Shown here in pieces: positions 46,046 through 46,723 of a stretch of DNA of 46,723 bases (position 1 is its first letter; every line of letters begins with the position of its first letter). The notes below the pieces were generated by a model. That model was not told where the DNA came from, did not search any database, and saw only the letters and a list, made by a program, of their open reading frames with translations. Source of the DNA: a virus (lineage: Duplodnaviria > Heunggongvirae > Uroviricota > Caudoviricetes); IMG/VR virus record IMGVR_UViG_647533159_000003. One strand, given 5' to 3'. The translations under genes and the position numbers were made by a program.

Positions 46046-46123
46046 ATGCAGGATGAACTGAATAATCTGGATGATTTAAGCTCAATCAGAGAGATGACGA
46101 TTAGCGGCAATCACGCTCGATAA
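46046..46123 (+). pseudogene. Remnant of a tail-fibre-assembly gene 3' end (duplicate of the tfa C-terminus)
   Basis: Encodes (M)QDELNNLDDLSSIREMTISGNHAR versus the tfa C-terminus EELNNLDDLRSIRAIAISSN; about 80% DNA identity to 44585-44643. Confidence 0.5.
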
Positions 46124-46129
46124 AATTAA

Positions 46130-46152
46130 CCCCGGTGATCATCCGGGGTTTT
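46130..46152 (+). terminator. Hairpin terminator (possibly bidirectional)
   Basis: CCCCGG-tgatcat-CCGGGG followed by TTTT; A-rich tract on the other side. Confidence 0.55.
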
Positions 46153-46159
46153 GCATTCA

Positions 46160-46723
46160 TTAAAACCGCATCAACCGTTCCACCAGTTGTTCTTTACGGG
46201 CAACGATCCAGCCGTGTTGCTCCAGATAAAATTTAAACCGCTCCAGAGTGCATACCATCGCATCGGCGGGGACTTTTTCCGTGAACTCGACCTGACCGTG
46301 TTTATCGAAGTGGATCAGTAATGCGAATCCATCATTTTTGGTGGCGGAGTTTTGTGCTGCTGGTGGTTGTTTTTGGCTGAAATAACAGTCTTCGAGTTTT
46401 TCGAACACTTCCCACGCCTGATCGGTTTCGAGCATTTTTGCGTGGCGAGCTGCCCCGCGTTCTGTCCATAGGATGAGGGAGCGGGCTTTGGGAGATATGG
46501 GGTTTTGTGACTTACTTAAAGTAAGTCGCAAATTTTTTAATTCTTCACCCGATGCTTTAAAAAAGTGCTTTCCTTCGACAAAACGCTCTTTGTTTCTGGT
46601 GAAGTTAACCTGGATATTCAGAATTTCGGTGCCATAAAGCTGCGCCAAAAGTTCGGTGGTAATAACAGGGATCTGGTTATGGGTGATCGGGGAGAGAGTT
46701 TCAACAGAGATTTGAGTGGCCAT
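46160..46723 (-). CDS. Phage regulatory protein with ORF6N/antirepressor-like N-terminal domain
   Basis: N-terminal ...NFTRNKERFVEGKHFFKASGEELKNLR... pattern; the window ends exactly on its start codon, so the upstream region is not visible. Confidence 0.55.
   Translation of the reverse strand: MATQISVETLSPITHNQIPVITTELLAQLYGTEILNIQVNFTRNKERFVEGKHFFKASGEELKNLRLTLSKSQNPISPKARSLILWTERGAARHAKMLETDQAWEVFEKLEDCYFSQKQPPAAQNSATKNDGFALLIHFDKHGQVEFTEKVPADAMVCTLERFKFYLEQHGWIVARKEQLVERLMRF

Noticed and set aside
44585-46123. Diversity-generating retroelement or invertase switch acting on the duplicated tfa 3' end
   Set aside because: No reverse transcriptase or invertase gene is in the window, the two copies are in direct orientation, and their differences are not adenine-specific.

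Overview
The window is essentially one lambdoid prophage read from its left end (integrase stop codon at 1-3) rightwards to the tail fibres and a cargo island. All identifications are by eye from the supplied translations and DNA; no searches were run. Order: int-xis-large exonuclease-small early-left genes-PL-like promoter | HTH repressor | PR-like promoter-Cro-like (YdaS-type)-YdaT-like-replication initiator with internal iterons-[N run]-nin-like small genes-frameshifted hok-like toxin remnant-Doc-family toxin module-DUF968-RusA-Q-like antiterminator-late promoter-tRNA-Thr(UGU)/tRNA-Gly(UCC)-two terminator-bounded cargo cassettes-lysis genes (two membrane proteins, M15 endolysin)-[N run with 102-bp duplicated flanks]-cos-like region-terminase-lambda-like head genes-P2-like contractile tail with a -1 frameshift chaperone-second Stf-like fibre [N run] plus Tfa-AT-rich envelope-protein cargo flanked by duplicated tfa 3' ends-ORF6N-type regulator. 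Three N runs (8547-9391, 19854-20417, 41918-42297) break genes, so ORFs that span them are artefacts. No CRISPR array, rRNA or IS element is visible. The best candidates for undescribed biology are the AT-rich cargo modules at 4933-5781, 17431-18693 and 44710-45780, and the toxin-antitoxin cluster at 12115-13745.
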